A stretch of 32,000 nt of DNA, from the NCBI GenBank assembly GCA_010202845.1, contig CP047921.1, forward strand, positions 150,001-182,000, read 5' to 3'. This document shows, one piece after another, positions 25,413-32,000 of this stretch; position 1 is the first letter of the stretch, and every line of letters begins with the position of its first letter. The notes below the pieces were generated by a model. The model made no database searches, had not been told where the DNA came from, and was given only the letters and a program-made list of their open reading frames with translations. A program made the position numbers and the translations under genes. Source of the DNA: Candidatus Saccharibacteria bacterium oral taxon 488. GTDB taxonomy: Bacteria > Patescibacteriota > Saccharimonadia > Saccharimonadales > Saccharimonadaceae.

Positions 25413-26102
25413 ATGAAGAAAAATTTTCTCATCAGAGCGTTTTTGGGCATTACCATCGTGGCGCTCGGCGGGATTCTGCTGCTGCGGAATCTCGGGATTA
25501 TTACCTTTGATAACTGGCACCTATTTTGGGGTACTTTTTGGGCAGGTATATTTCTCCTGGCTGGTTTATCAGCATTATTCAGCTCCCGTAGACCAGCGGC
25601 CTGGGTGTGGGGGTTACTGTTGATAGCTGTTGGTACGGCGATCGGACTGAACACCTATAATGTGATTAATGTTAGTGTCTGGAAGCTATTTTGGCCAGTG
25701 ATATTAATCATTGTTGGCTTGGTAATCATGCTGAGTATCGGGTCTGGGGGTCGCAGACGATCTAAAAAGCTGGCCGCTGATGGTAGCGATAACGAAAAAG
25801 TTGCAATTTTTTACGGCGAAGAATCGCGGGTGAAAGGCGATTATACTGGCGGCTCGGTGACGGCGATATTTGGCGGTGTGGAGTTGGATCTACGTCAGGC
25901 AAAGATTAAGGACGGTGCAATGATTGATGTGTTTACGTTTTGTGGCGGCGCCAGCATTAGTTTGCCGGACGACGTAATTGTCCAAAATGATGTTCGCGGT
26001 ATTTTGGGCGGCAGTGAGGATAAAACTGCGCCGAAGTCTTCTGCTAAAAAGACAATCCACCTGAGGGGTGAGTGTATTTTGGGCGGCTTACAGGTTAAAT
26101 AG
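25413..26102 (+). CDS. LiaF-like membrane protein (cell-envelope stress module-like)
   Basis: N-terminal multi-TM region and a C-terminal LiaF-type domain (..VTAIFGGVELDLRQA.., ..FCGGASISLP.., ..GILGGSEDK). Confidence 0.7.
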   Translation: MKKNFLIRAFLGITIVALGGILLLRNLGIITFDNWHLFWGTFWAGIFLLAGLSALFSSRRPAAWVWGLLLIAVGTAIGLNTYNVINVSVWKLFWPVILIIVGLVIMLSIGSGGRRRSKKLAADGSDNEKVAIFYGEESRVKGDYTGGSVTAIFGGVELDLRQAKIKDGAMIDVFTFCGGASISLPDDVIVQNDVRGILGGSEDKTAPKSSAKKTIHLRGECILGGLQVK

Positions 26103-26107
26103 TCCTC

Positions 26108-26136
26108 TTGGAGTTTTGGCGAAAACGCGCTACAAT
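26108..26136 (+). promoter_or_regulatory. Putative promoter of the T-box leader
   Basis: TTGGAG (26108-26113), 17 nt, TACAAT (26131-26136). It overlaps a 14-bp interrupted hairpin (26119-26155) after the LiaF-like gene. Confidence 0.45.
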
Positions 26137-26164
26137 TGTCGTAGGGCGTTTTCGCGTGTGTCAG

Positions 26165-26431
26165 GTGAATGATCATCTTGGCGATACCGGCGCGAAATGA
26201 GCGGCTATCAACCGCGAAGCCTGCGGGAAGAAATCAGTTTTTATCGGCTGAGATTAGACCCCGCCGCGACTCACTGCGACAAAGTGAACGATTAAGCGCT
26301 AAAAGAGTGCGTGGATACCGATCAACTCGGCGAAACCCACGGAAGAATCACTTCTTTTGGAATCGAGATGGTACCGTCCGTTTGAAGCACCTCCAGCGGA
26401 TTCTCGAAGTCAAGAGAGGTGATTTTTGTTT
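26165..26431 (+). promoter_or_regulatory. T-box leader RNA, isoleucine-specific (specifier AUC)
   Basis: Canonical antiterminator: TCGAGA (26363-68), 7-nt bulge UGGUACC (26369-75), GUCCG (26376-80), loop, CGGAU (26397-401), TCTCGA (26402-07). A competing hairpin CACCTC (26388-93)/GAGGTG (26416-21) is followed by ATTTTTGTTT. The specifier-loop-like GAAGAA-AUC-AG has AUC at 26233-35. The Stem I assignment is tentative. Confidence 0.75.
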
Positions 26432-26470
26432 GAGAGAGTTCTCGTTTGATACTAATAGGAGCTGCTCAAT

Positions 26471-26995
26471 ATGAAGGGATGTATGTGTAACAGTCGAGTG
26501 AACAATTTTGTCATTGATCAGACACATGATTATATCATGTATGATACGACTGATTTGGTGCGTGCGATAGGTTTTCCACGTCGGGTGGTGGGGTTGTTGC
26601 TCAAAGATGATGAATTCCATTTGTCGTTATTTGCGGTGCGTGAGGAGTACGGGTTCGATGAGGCCGGCTATGGACGACTGGAACAGGTGTCGTGTCAAGC
26701 TGGTGCGGCAATGACCACAGAGCCAGAATTGACCGGTGATTTTCTTAAGCTAAAGGATGACACGACTAACCGACAAACGATTATCGCGCTCGCTCGATGG
26801 GATGAACTAGAGACTTGGCGTGATGCAATTCGTGAGCTGATCCCGCGGGCAGAGTTTATCATTCCGCACATAACGCTCTATACAAATCAGAAGGGTGCGC
26901 TTGGGTATAGTGATCGACATAGGGATCGAGTGCGAGTGCTGGATGATACAGTAGCGATGACACTAAGAAATATATTATTAAGGAGTAAATTGTGA
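26471..26995 (+). CDS. 2H phosphoesterase superfamily protein (LigT / 2'-5' RNA ligase-like)
   Basis: Two H-x-(S/T)-x motifs at the expected spacing (FHLSLF and PHITLY). SD AGGAG. Confidence 0.6.
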   Translation: MKGCMCNSRVNNFVIDQTHDYIMYDTTDLVRAIGFPRRVVGLLLKDDEFHLSLFAVREEYGFDEAGYGRLEQVSCQAGAAMTTEPELTGDFLKLKDDTTNRQTIIALARWDELETWRDAIRELIPRAEFIIPHITLYTNQKGALGYSDRHRDRVRVLDDTVAMTLRNILLRSKL

Positions 26996-27786
26996 CCAAC
27001 CAACAACAAGAATGGCTTGATTTTGCAAAAAGTGTAGCGCACGAAGCGGGCGACATTATGCAAAAATATTTTGGTAAAAAACCGAATGCTCACTTTAAAG
27101 CCGACAATACGATCGTGACCATTGCCGATGAGGAAATCAACCAGCTTGTGATCCAGCGAGTAACCGAGCGATATCCAGACCATGATATTGACGGTGAAGA
27201 AGCGAGTGCTCGCCGTGGCTCGGACTATGTGTGGGTATGTGACCCGATTGACGGTACGGTACCTTTTGCGATGGAGTTACCGGTATCGGTGTTCTCGTTA
27301 GCGCTAGTGATTAATGGCCGGCCAGAAATTGGTGTCATTTATGCGCCGTTTAGTGACCATTTGTATTGGGCGGTCCGTGGCCAGGGTGCGTTTATGAATG
27401 GTAAACAGATTTATGTGAATAAGAAGAGTTTTGGTGGGATGACCGGGATGAATGTGGATTGGTGGCCAAGTGCAGAGTGGGATGTTATGCGGGTGATTCA
27501 CAAGTTAGCGTATGAGAAGGGTGCATATGTCACGGCGCTAGGAAGCACGACGCACGCGGCAGCCTTAGTAGCGCGTGGTGGATTCGCCGCGTCGGTCTTT
27601 GCTGGCACGAAGGGTAAAAATGTTGACATTGCGGCAGCAAAAGTTATCGTTGAGGAAGCTGGCGGCAAGGTGACTGACCTCTTCGGCCGGGAGCAGCGGT
27701 ATGATCAGGATATTTGCGGGGCGGTATTAAGCAATGGAATCGTTCATGAGGAGATAGTGGAGGCGATGAGGACACTAAGAGAATGA
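26992..27786 (+). CDS. Inositol monophosphatase family phosphatase (SuhB/CysQ-like)
   Basis: GTG start overlaps the upstream stop (GTGA). Motifs ..TIADEE.., ..DGEE.., WVCDPIDGTVPF and ..DIAAAKVIVEEAGGKVTD. Confidence 0.85.
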   Translation: MTNQQQEWLDFAKSVAHEAGDIMQKYFGKKPNAHFKADNTIVTIADEEINQLVIQRVTERYPDHDIDGEEASARRGSDYVWVCDPIDGTVPFAMELPVSVFSLALVINGRPEIGVIYAPFSDHLYWAVRGQGAFMNGKQIYVNKKSFGGMTGMNVDWWPSAEWDVMRVIHKLAYEKGAYVTALGSTTHAAALVARGGFAASVFAGTKGKNVDIAAAKVIVEEAGGKVTDLFGREQRYDQDICGAVLSNGIVHEEIVEAMRTLRE

Positions 27787-27859
27787 TGATCAGGGAATAG
27801 GAAAACTTGAATGAACGACTTAAGCAGAGTAGTGAACGTAAGGTAGATAAGGAGGAAGT

Positions 27860-30800
27860 ATGAAATTCACACACGGCACACGCCGCCGGGCGGCAGAATA
27901 CGAAAAGGATTGGGTGCAGCGCTGGAAGGATGGCCAGACGTTTGAAAAGTCGGTGGCGCAGCGGCCGGCGGATAATGCCTACGTTTTTTACGACGGGCCA
28001 CCGTTTATCACTGGTGTGCCGCATCATGGTACGTTGCTCAGTAGCATCGTTAAGGATGCAGTGCCACGCTACTGGACGATGAAGGGCAAGCGTGTGGAGC
28101 GCCGCTGGGGTTGGGACTGTCATGGCCTGCCGGCGGAGAATTTCGTCGAAAAGCAGCTGAATATCGTGGATCGCCGGCAGATTGTGACGAATAGTGTCAA
28201 GCGAGTTAAACTGGTAAATGATTTCGATAACGCAATGAGAGTTATTACTAAAGTTGCTGGCTGGATGGGGCAGCGAGGCTATGGTAGCAGTAGCTGGGGT
28301 GCCAACAATCTAACGTCAGATAAATTAGCAGAAGAATTTGGGAGAGATAATTTTTATGTAGCTTACGATGACGATAAGCTAGTAGGGAGTGTCGTCATAA
28401 GTGATGAGGATAGTTATAATTTTTTTGCAGGAAAAAAGGATAATGACACGTCGGTTGGTTATCTCTATAAAATGGCGGTACTACCGGAATTCCAAAAGCA
28501 AGGTTATGCGGATGCGATGTTAAAAGAAGCTGTTCGCTTAAGTAAGCAGGAGGGGGTCAAAGAGATTCGTATAGAGGTTGGCGAGCATCAACCTAAATTG
28601 GTGAACTTGTATGAGCGTAATGGATTTCAAAGAGTTGGTGAGCACATATCCACCGAAACAGGAGCTAACTGGTTGCTATATAGTCTCGAAGTGAGTAGTT
28701 ATCCGGATGCTGTATATAATCAACCAGTGCCACTTGATAAAGACGGTAACCCACTGCCGACCATTAGCCTAGAAAAATACATCACCAAGGCGCGCGAAAG
28801 CATGGTGGCCAACAGCGAGACGTGGCAGGGCGTGATCGACCGCATCGGTCGCTGGGTGGACTTTGCGGGTGCCTACCGCACCATGGACAAGGACTTTATG
28901 GAGAGCGTCTGGTGGGCCTTCAAACAGCTGTATGAAGCCGGCAAAATTTACGAAGGTGAAAAGGTTTTGATGTACGACACCAAGTTCGCTACCCCTGTCA
29001 GCAAGGCTGAGGTGACTATGGACAACGATGCCTACCAAACGGTGACTGACCCGAGTGTGTATGTGAAGTTTAAGCTGGATGATGAAGACGCTGCTGTTTT
29101 GGCTTGGACGACCACCCCATGGACGCTGCCAGCCAACCTGATGCTGGCGGTCAACCCGGAGATGACGTACTGCGAAGTAAAGGTACCAAAGGGTACAAAA
29201 AATGTGTTCTTGCTCTCGGGTAAGCATGCCTACGCGTCACGTGAGTACTACCCGCAGCTGAAGCAGCAGCTTGAGCAACAGGGGTATGCGGTGACGATTA
29301 TTGATCATGTCAACCCCGATAGTCCAGACTTAGCAGAAAATGTAGAGCGGTTGGCACAATATGACTTTGCCAATGCGCATATGGTGACGCATTCGCTCGG
29401 TGCAGCGACGTTCTTGAAGTATCTGCAGGATGCTAATGTGACGGTTGCATCGCTGACGATGATCGCGCCAGCGTATGGTGTGTCGAATAGTAGTGATGAG
29501 CAATGGAAGCAAGAATCGGGCTATGTTGGTCTTGCGGTTGATCTTGCTCAGGTGCGACGGAAGATTGATCAGCGGCCGACTATTGTCTATTCGGACGATG
29601 CTGAGGTGCTTAACCAGGGTTTTGCGCAGCTTGGCACAGAGCTTGACGCAGTGATGCAACATGAACCCGGTAAGGGGCACTTCTTTGCGACGGAGAAGAG
29701 TTTGGCGCCAGAGATTACACTGCCGCTAAGTGAAAAGTTCATCCTTGCCGAAGAAGCCCTCGAGCGCACCCTGCAGGATGAAAAGCATCAGTCACTTGAT
29801 TACGACGTGCTGCGTACTTTCCCAGGCAGTGAATTAGTGGGTAAGAAATACCAGCCGCTCGACACCGGCTCGACCTGGCCGCAGAATGATAAAATTCACA
29901 CTATTTACGCGGCGGATTTCGTTTCGCACGAGTCGGGTACGGGTATTGTGCATATCGCGCCGGCCTATGGTGAGGATGACTTTGAACTTGGTAAAGCCAA
30001 TGGCATCGCGCCCTTCCATGTGATTGATGATAACGGCTACTACACTGACACCAATTACAAAGGCCTGGAGGTATGGGAAAATAATAAATTCATCGCCAAA
30101 GACCTGAAAGAAAAGGGTGTGGTGTGGAAGATTGAGTACATTCGTCACGAATATCCGTTCAATCCGAGAAGCAAACAGCGCATCATGTACCGGGCCATCC
30201 CAAGCTGGTTCTTCGACATCCAGGGCCAGAAGCCGCTGATGTTGGAGCAAAACGAGCATATCAATTGGTTCCCGGCTCATCTCAAGCACGGCCGCTTTGC
30301 CAAGAATATCGAGCAAGCACCAGATTGGAATCTCAGCCGCGACCGCTTCTGGGCGACGGCCATGCCGGTGTGGAAGGGCGACCGGGGTACGGTCAAAGTG
30401 GTCGGGTCGTATGCGGAGCTGAAGGAGCTCAGCGGCGTGGAGCTGGATGATTACCACCGCCCGTGGGTGGATGACATCACCTTTGAAATTGACGGCGAGA
30501 AGTTCACGCGCATCGACAAAGTGTTGGACTGCTGGTTTGAGAGCGGCAGTATGCCGTTTGCACAACTGCATTATCCGTTTGAAAACCAGGCCAAGTTTGA
30601 GCAGAATTATCCGGCGGACTTCATCGTTGAGTACATCGGCCAGGTGCGGGCGTGGTTCTACTATGTGCATGCCGTCAACACTGCTTTGGCGGAGATTGGT
30701 GCCTTTGGCGAGGCTGGTGAGCAGCATAAAAACGCCTACAGCAACGTCATCACCACCGGTGTGGTGGCGGGTAATGACGGCCGCAAGATGAGTAAATCCC

Positions 30801-32000
30801 TCGGTAACTTTACCGACCCGAACGAGCTGATGGATAAGTTCAGTGCCGATTCTTTGCGCTTTTTGCTGCTATCCAGTCCGCTGCTCAATGGCGAGGATTT
30901 TGCCTTACATGATAAAGATGTCGGCGACGTGGCGCGCAAACTTGCCATGATTTGGAATATGTACGACTTCTTTACGATGTATGCTGAGGTTGATGGTTGG
31001 GAGTTTGACGGCGAGTTGGTTGATCCGCTGAGCGGTCAAGCGATATCTGGTGACGAAGGCTTTGCCTTTCCGGCAAAGCGAGGCCAAGAGCGCCAACTGG
31101 ATCAATTGGCGGCCGAGCGGCCTGAGGCAACGGATATCGCGACCGTAGTTAACGTAGTCACGAATCCACTTGACATCTGGATTGTCAGCCGCTTGCATCA
31201 GCTGGTCGCAGAAGTTGAAAAGAATATGGGTGCCTACAACATTCCTGATGCGCTTAGTCCGATTTTGCCGTTCCTCGACGACGCCTCCAACTGGTATGTT
31301 CGCCGCAGTCGCCGCCGCTTCTGGAGATCGTCGAAAGGGGCCGCGGGCGCTGAGGATGATGGTGATAAAAATGATGCTTACCGCACGCTTCACTACGTGC
31401 TGGTGCGCTTGAGCTACATTTTGGCGCCGTTTACGCCGTTCTTAGCCGAGGAGTTGTATCATAATCTGACGGGCGACGATGAGTCGATTCATCTGAAGGA
31501 TTGGCTCACGGCTGGGGCGGTCAATGAGCAGGTGCTGGCCGATATGTCCCGGACGCGCGAATTGATCAACAACGGCCTTAGTTTGCGGATGAAGCAGGAT
31601 GAGCATCAAACATCGATCAAGGTTCGCCAGCCGCTGCAATGTGCGGCATATGCGGGTGCAAAGCTGGCTGAGTACTACGAGCAGATCATGGCCGAGGAGC
31701 TAAATGTTAAGGAAATTCGCTGGATTGAGAATCTAGACGAACACCTGGCGGACTATGACGTGACCGAGGGCATGATCAAGCCAGAGAATTGGATCGAAAT
31801 TAGCAAGCAATTGACGCCCGAGCTCAAACGCGAAGGCCTGATGCGTGAAGTCATTCGCCACGTCCAAAGCGCGCGCAAGAAGGCGGGATTGCAAGTGGAC
31901 GATCGGATTATGCTGCAGCTGACGACGAATGACGAGCAGCTCCGCCAAGCGATTGATGAGCATGCTGAGGTGATTGCTACTGAGACGCTGGCGGTGTTTG
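27860..32000 (+). CDS. ileS: Isoleucyl-tRNA synthetase, type 2 (eukaryote-like), 3'-partial, with two inserted enzyme domains
   Basis: Frame is open from the ATG at 27860 (SD TAAGGAGGA) to the window end by my own translation. It is absent from the ORF track, presumably because there is no stop. Motifs: FYDGPPFITGVPHHGT (HIGH region), WDCHGLP, WTTTPWTLPAN (CP1 editing), KMSKS (30785-30799), and the anticodon-binding region. Confidence 0.93.
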   Translation, partial: MKFTHGTRRRAAEYEKDWVQRWKDGQTFEKSVAQRPADNAYVFYDGPPFITGVPHHGTLLSSIVKDAVPRYWTMKGKRVERRWGWDCHGLPAENFVEKQLNIVDRRQIVTNSVKRVKLVNDFDNAMRVITKVAGWMGQRGYGSSSWGANNLTSDKLAEEFGRDNFYVAYDDDKLVGSVVISDEDSYNFFAGKKDNDTSVGYLYKMAVLPEFQKQGYADAMLKEAVRLSKQEGVKEIRIEVGEHQPKLVNLYERNGFQRVGEHISTETGANWLLYSLEVSSYPDAVYNQPVPLDKDGNPLPTISLEKYITKARESMVANSETWQGVIDRIGRWVDFAGAYRTMDKDFMESVWWAFKQLYEAGKIYEGEKVLMYDTKFATPVSKAEVTMDNDAYQTVTDPSVYVKFKLDDEDAAVLAWTTTPWTLPANLMLAVNPEMTYCEVKVPKGTKNVFLLSGKHAYASREYYPQLKQQLEQQGYAVTIIDHVNPDSPDLAENVERLAQYDFANAHMVTHSLGAATFLKYLQDANVTVASLTMIAPAYGVSNSSDEQWKQESGYVGLAVDLAQVRRKIDQRPTIVYSDDAEVLNQGFAQLGTELDAVMQHEPGKGHFFATEKSLAPEITLPLSEKFILAEEALERTLQDEKHQSLDYDVLRTFPGSELVGKKYQPLDTGSTWPQNDKIHTIYAADFVSHESGTGIVHIAPAYGEDDFELGKANGIAPFHVIDDNGYYTDTNYKGLEVWENNKFIAKDLKEKGVVWKIEYIRHEYPFNPRSKQRIMYRAIPSWFFDIQGQKPLMLEQNEHINWFPAHLKHGRFAKNIEQAPDWNLSRDRFWATAMPVWKGDRGTVKVVGSYAELKELSGVELDDYHRPWVDDITFEIDGEKFTRIDKVLDCWFESGSMPFAQLHYPFENQAKFEQNYPADFIVEYIGQVRAWFYYVHAVNTALAEIGAFGEAGEQHKNAYSNVITTGVVAGNDGRKMSKSLGNFTDPNELMDKFSADSLRFLLLSSPLLNGEDFALHDKDVGDVARKLAMIWNMYDFFTMYAEVDGWEFDGELVDPLSGQAISGDEGFAFPAKRGQERQLDQLAAERPEATDIATVVNVVTNPLDIWIVSRLHQLVAEVEKNMGAYNIPDALSPILPFLDDASNWYVRRSRRRFWRSSKGAAGAEDDGDKNDAYRTLHYVLVRLSYILAPFTPFLAEELYHNLTGDDESIHLKDWLTAGAVNEQVLADMSRTRELINNGLSLRMKQDEHQTSIKVRQPLQCAAYAGAKLAEYYEQIMAEELNVKEIRWIENLDEHLADYDVTEGMIKPENWIEISKQLTPELKREGLMREVIRHVQSARKKAGLQVDDRIMLQLTTNDEQLRQAIDEHAEVIATETLAVF
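28190..28765 (+). other. In-frame GNAT N-acetyltransferase domain inserted in ileS
   Basis: GNAT motif A, ..YLYKMAVLPEFQKQGYADAMLKEAVRLSKQEGVKEIRIEV...LYERNGFQRVGE. It lies between IleRS segments ..EKQLNIVDRRQIV and ISLEKYITKARES... The core (28190-28700) is visibly AT-rich. Confidence 0.8.
29186..29730 (+). other. In-frame YdeN/RBBP9-type alpha/beta serine hydrolase domain inserted in the ileS CP1 editing domain
   Basis: From memory it aligns along its length with B. subtilis YdeN: VFLLSGKHAY.., ..MVTHSLGA (Ser codon 29393-95), ..YSDDAEV, ..KGHFF (Ser/Asp/His triad). It starts 16 codons after the TTTPWTLPAN motif. Confidence 0.8.

Noticed and set aside
26119-26155. Interrupted hairpin GCGAAAACGC-G-CTAC/GTAG-G-GCGTTTTCGC as an independent regulatory RNA
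   Set aside because: It has no U-run and overlaps the putative T-box promoter. It most likely marks the end of the LiaF-like transcript or is incidental, and the evidence is too thin to call it separately.
26169-26474. 101-aa Arg-rich ORF in the LiaF-like to 2H-phosphoesterase gap
   Set aside because: It is highly basic and low-complexity with no SD, and the region is better explained as a structured T-box leader RNA.
28190-29730. Possibility that the two ileS insertions are inteins
   Set aside because: Neither block starts with the Cys/Ser/Ala splice nucleophile context or ends in His-Asn followed by Cys/Ser/Thr. There are no Hint or homing-endonuclease motifs. Both read as ordinary GNAT and alpha/beta-hydrolase folds.
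28769-30727. Minus-strand ORFs 28769..29227 (152 aa) and 29834..30727 (297 aa), plus small plus-strand alternative-frame ORFs at 30265-30791 and 31170-31412
   Set aside because: They lie entirely antisense to or out of frame with the well-supported ileS frame. They are Arg/His/Leu/Val-rich shadow ORFs with no SD.
1-32000. Scan for tRNA genes, CRISPR arrays, IS elements/transposases, integrases and tmRNA/RNase P/SRP RNA signatures
   Set aside because: I found no T-arm/GTTCGAATC-type tRNA signatures, no short regularly spaced repeats, no transposase- or integrase-like ORFs or terminal inverted repeats, and no conserved tmRNA, RNase P or SRP motifs by eye.

Overview
Gene-dense, mostly housekeeping segment of a small bacterial genome. 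Gene content, short IF-2 and S1, an LPXTG protein and a eukaryote-like type-2 IleRS suggest a Patescibacteria/CPR, Saccharibacteria-like organism, but that guess is inference only. Gene order: 3' end of 23S rRNA and 5S rRNA; a membrane-anchored C39-like peptidase; a KGG stress protein; an ImmA-like peptidase and ROK kinase (minus strand); a small LPXTG protein; rpsA; infB. Next is a duplicated two-gene cassette: two large low-complexity proteins share a 672-bp perfectly identical 5' module, and each is followed by a small helical paralog. Then come priA-def-fmt (minus strand); a wHTH gene and recJ; an AT-rich orphan gene; rpsU-yqeY-adk-map; ftsA-ftsZ-nrdR; a Trx-fold gene and VKOR; and a LiaF-like gene. 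The window ends with an Ile-specific T-box leader in front of 2H-phosphoesterase, IMPase-family and ileS genes. The most unusual observation is in ileS. Its reading frame is open from 27860 to the window end (over 1380 codons) and contains two complete in-frame extra enzyme domains. One is a GNAT acetyltransferase in the N-terminal catalytic half. The other is a YdeN/RBBP9-type serine hydrolase nested in the CP1 editing domain. Other notable points are the mosaic constant-head/variable-tail protein pair, an NrdR lacking all four zinc-ribbon cysteines, a T-box separated from ileS by two unrelated genes, and several apparently leaderless genes. No tRNA genes, CRISPR arrays or recognisable transposase/integrase genes were seen.
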